From: Balanoglossus misakiensis
Taxonomy: Eukaryota > Animalia > Hemichordata
Direction: 5' to 3'
DNA length: 64,000 nt
NCBI GenBank assembly: GCA_040954595.2
Contig: CM082586.2
Coordinates: 9,455,337 to 9,519,336, forward strand
Part shown: positions 62,417-64,000 of the stretch, one piece after another
Position numbering within the stretch: position 1 is the stretch's first letter
Layout of the letters: every line of letters begins with the position of its first letter
Position numbers and translations under genes: made by a program
Notes under the pieces: model-generated
The model's input: only the letters and a program-made list of their open reading frames with translations
What the model was told of the DNA's origin: nothing
Databases searched by the model: none

Positions 62417-63088
62417 GTATGTAACTGTGGATATTGATCTCTTCTGTGGCTACACTGTTTGGGGATTGTATATTGCTATGGTTACAATCAGCTAAACTCA
62501 CATCCTGTCAGTCCATTGCACACATTTTAAAATTTGAAATCAACCGCACACTCGTACTGAACACATGTTTGTTGAAATTGTATCTCAGAATTTTTCCATT
62601 TATAATTATGCATAATATAAACAAATTAACAAATGTGAAAACTTATCTTTGAAAATTTGTTTGCAAGGGTGAAAAAGTAATCTGTTGTTTTAAAAATCAG
62701 ACAAAGTTTTGCTGACAGGGTACACGAGTTTCAGGGGATTTTGTTAAAATGAGAATGATAGAGAGTGTTAAAATTCCTAGATTCTGAGATTGCCATGGAT
62801 ATTGAGGACTTTGACGTAAAAACAATTAATTGATCAAGAAATATGTGGTTAAGTATATGTGTGATCAACCTCACACTATACTATAAGACTGTCTGATATA
62901 TTTATGCACAAGTACAATGTATTTTCACTACTTATATGCATAACTCAATCAAATTAACATAATTTATCGACCTATAGCTAAATAAATTACCACAGCAAAG
63001 AATAAATATACACTTAGAAAATTCATATAGTTTTCATCTCATTTTAAAGAAATTATAAATGCTTCTCCGAGGGGTACAATAATTTTTA

Positions 63089-63611
63089 GGGTAAGCCTAA
63101 TTCAAGATTCACGTTTCAAGATTCACGTTTCATGTTCCACAGCCCAAGATGCATATTCTGATTCAGATTCCAGTCTTGTCTAATATGTTTATGCTGCCGT
63201 AACCAGGGGTGTGAACGATTGTTTATTGTCCTCGATCCCCGCCCAAGCAAGGTTCCCCAAATATTGAAATTTACAGAAGGCATTGTTCCCTGCTGTTTTA
63301 GAGCTGTGAGTTAACTGCGTAGAGCTGCCGTTTGTCTACACAATGTTCTAAAAAAGCTGTCAAAGAGAATTTGGTCTGCTGCCAACAAATGACAGCTCAG
63401 AACAACCATTGCAGACCTGCAGATGAGCTGTGGATAGCTGACACAGCTCTAAATCAGAGCTGCAGCAGCTCTCTGCAGATCTGCAGGTTTGGTAAGGGAT
63501 GTAGATGGCGAAAGGACGTGACAAGACTCGAATCTGAATCAGAATATGAATCTTGGGCTGTGGAACGTGAAACGTGAAACTTGAAACGTGAATCTTGAAT
63601 TAGGCTTACCC
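63089..63611. mobile_element. Mutator (MULE)-type MITE, ~90-bp TIRs, 9-bp TSD TAATTTTTA
   Basis: GGGTAAGCCTAATTCAAGATTCACG...CGTGAATCTTGAATTAGGCTTACCC, with TAATTTTTA at 63080-63088 and 63612-63620. Only the right arm remains in the duplicate at about 59200-59293. Confidence 0.8.
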
Positions 63612-64000
63612 TAATTTTTAATGGGTATATTCTTGATAACTCATCACCATGAATGATCATTTCAAAACTTAACAAGGCATATGGCTAAAGAGGATTCAGT
63701 GTTTGTGCACCTTCTATCTGCAATGCTGGATCTATTGACAGTTTTCAAAGGGGTTTAAAGACTCGTCTTTTTATTCAGTACTTTCTATTTCATTCCATTG
63801 CTTTTTTGGTTAATAGGGACTGTCTTTCAGAACTCTTTGGTTTGTTTCGTGTTTTTAAGTGTAATTTATTATCCTTTAAGCTTTCACTAGTTTTCTAATT
63901 TTATTATTTTCTGTAGAAAATGCGCTGAGATGTATGTGTATTATGTTTGTCAGGAAATAAATAATAATAAAATTAAAAATAATAAACTATCTTTGATTTC

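Larger units (their letters stand above)
57453..64000 (+). repeat. Second tandem duplication: about 57453-59680 vs about 62160-64000 (continues off the window)
   Basis: 57453-58043 matches 62160-62753, and 58943-59681 matches 63260-64000. Confidence 0.9.

Overview
AT-rich eukaryotic DNA with spliceosomal GT-AG introns, most likely from a marine invertebrate (deuterostome-like; this is an inference). It is almost entirely a nest of transposable elements plus decayed, tandemly duplicated gene fragments. From left to right: (1) an intron-containing Sola1-type transposase with one nonsense codon; (2) a TTAA-flanked Kolobok-type MITE; (3) a large, 4-exon, degenerate DDE transposase gene (8605-14570, minus) with RAG1-core/Transib/CMC-like catalytic and zinc motifs, a SAP-like insert and an Sld2-like C-terminus; (4) a complete 12.3-kb IS3EU transposon (17848-30140, 6-bp TSD TAAAAC) whose TIRs hold arrays of a 22-bp palindrome and mirror-image promoter/first-exon modules, and which encodes convergently an IS3-like transposase and an intact SAM-like/Ub-like/HECT E3 ligase, with a CACTG EnSpm element nested between the two genes; (5) a tandemly duplicated, pseudogenised MED25 fragment followed by duplicated calcium-binding EGF pseudo-exons. 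The two MED25 copies differ by insertions (Ngaro/DIRS tyrosine-recombinase retroelement, CryptonA, 6-bp-TSD CAG-ended MITEs, a pogo-like element and others), so empty and filled sites can be compared directly. All family assignments come from reading motifs by eye, not from database searches.
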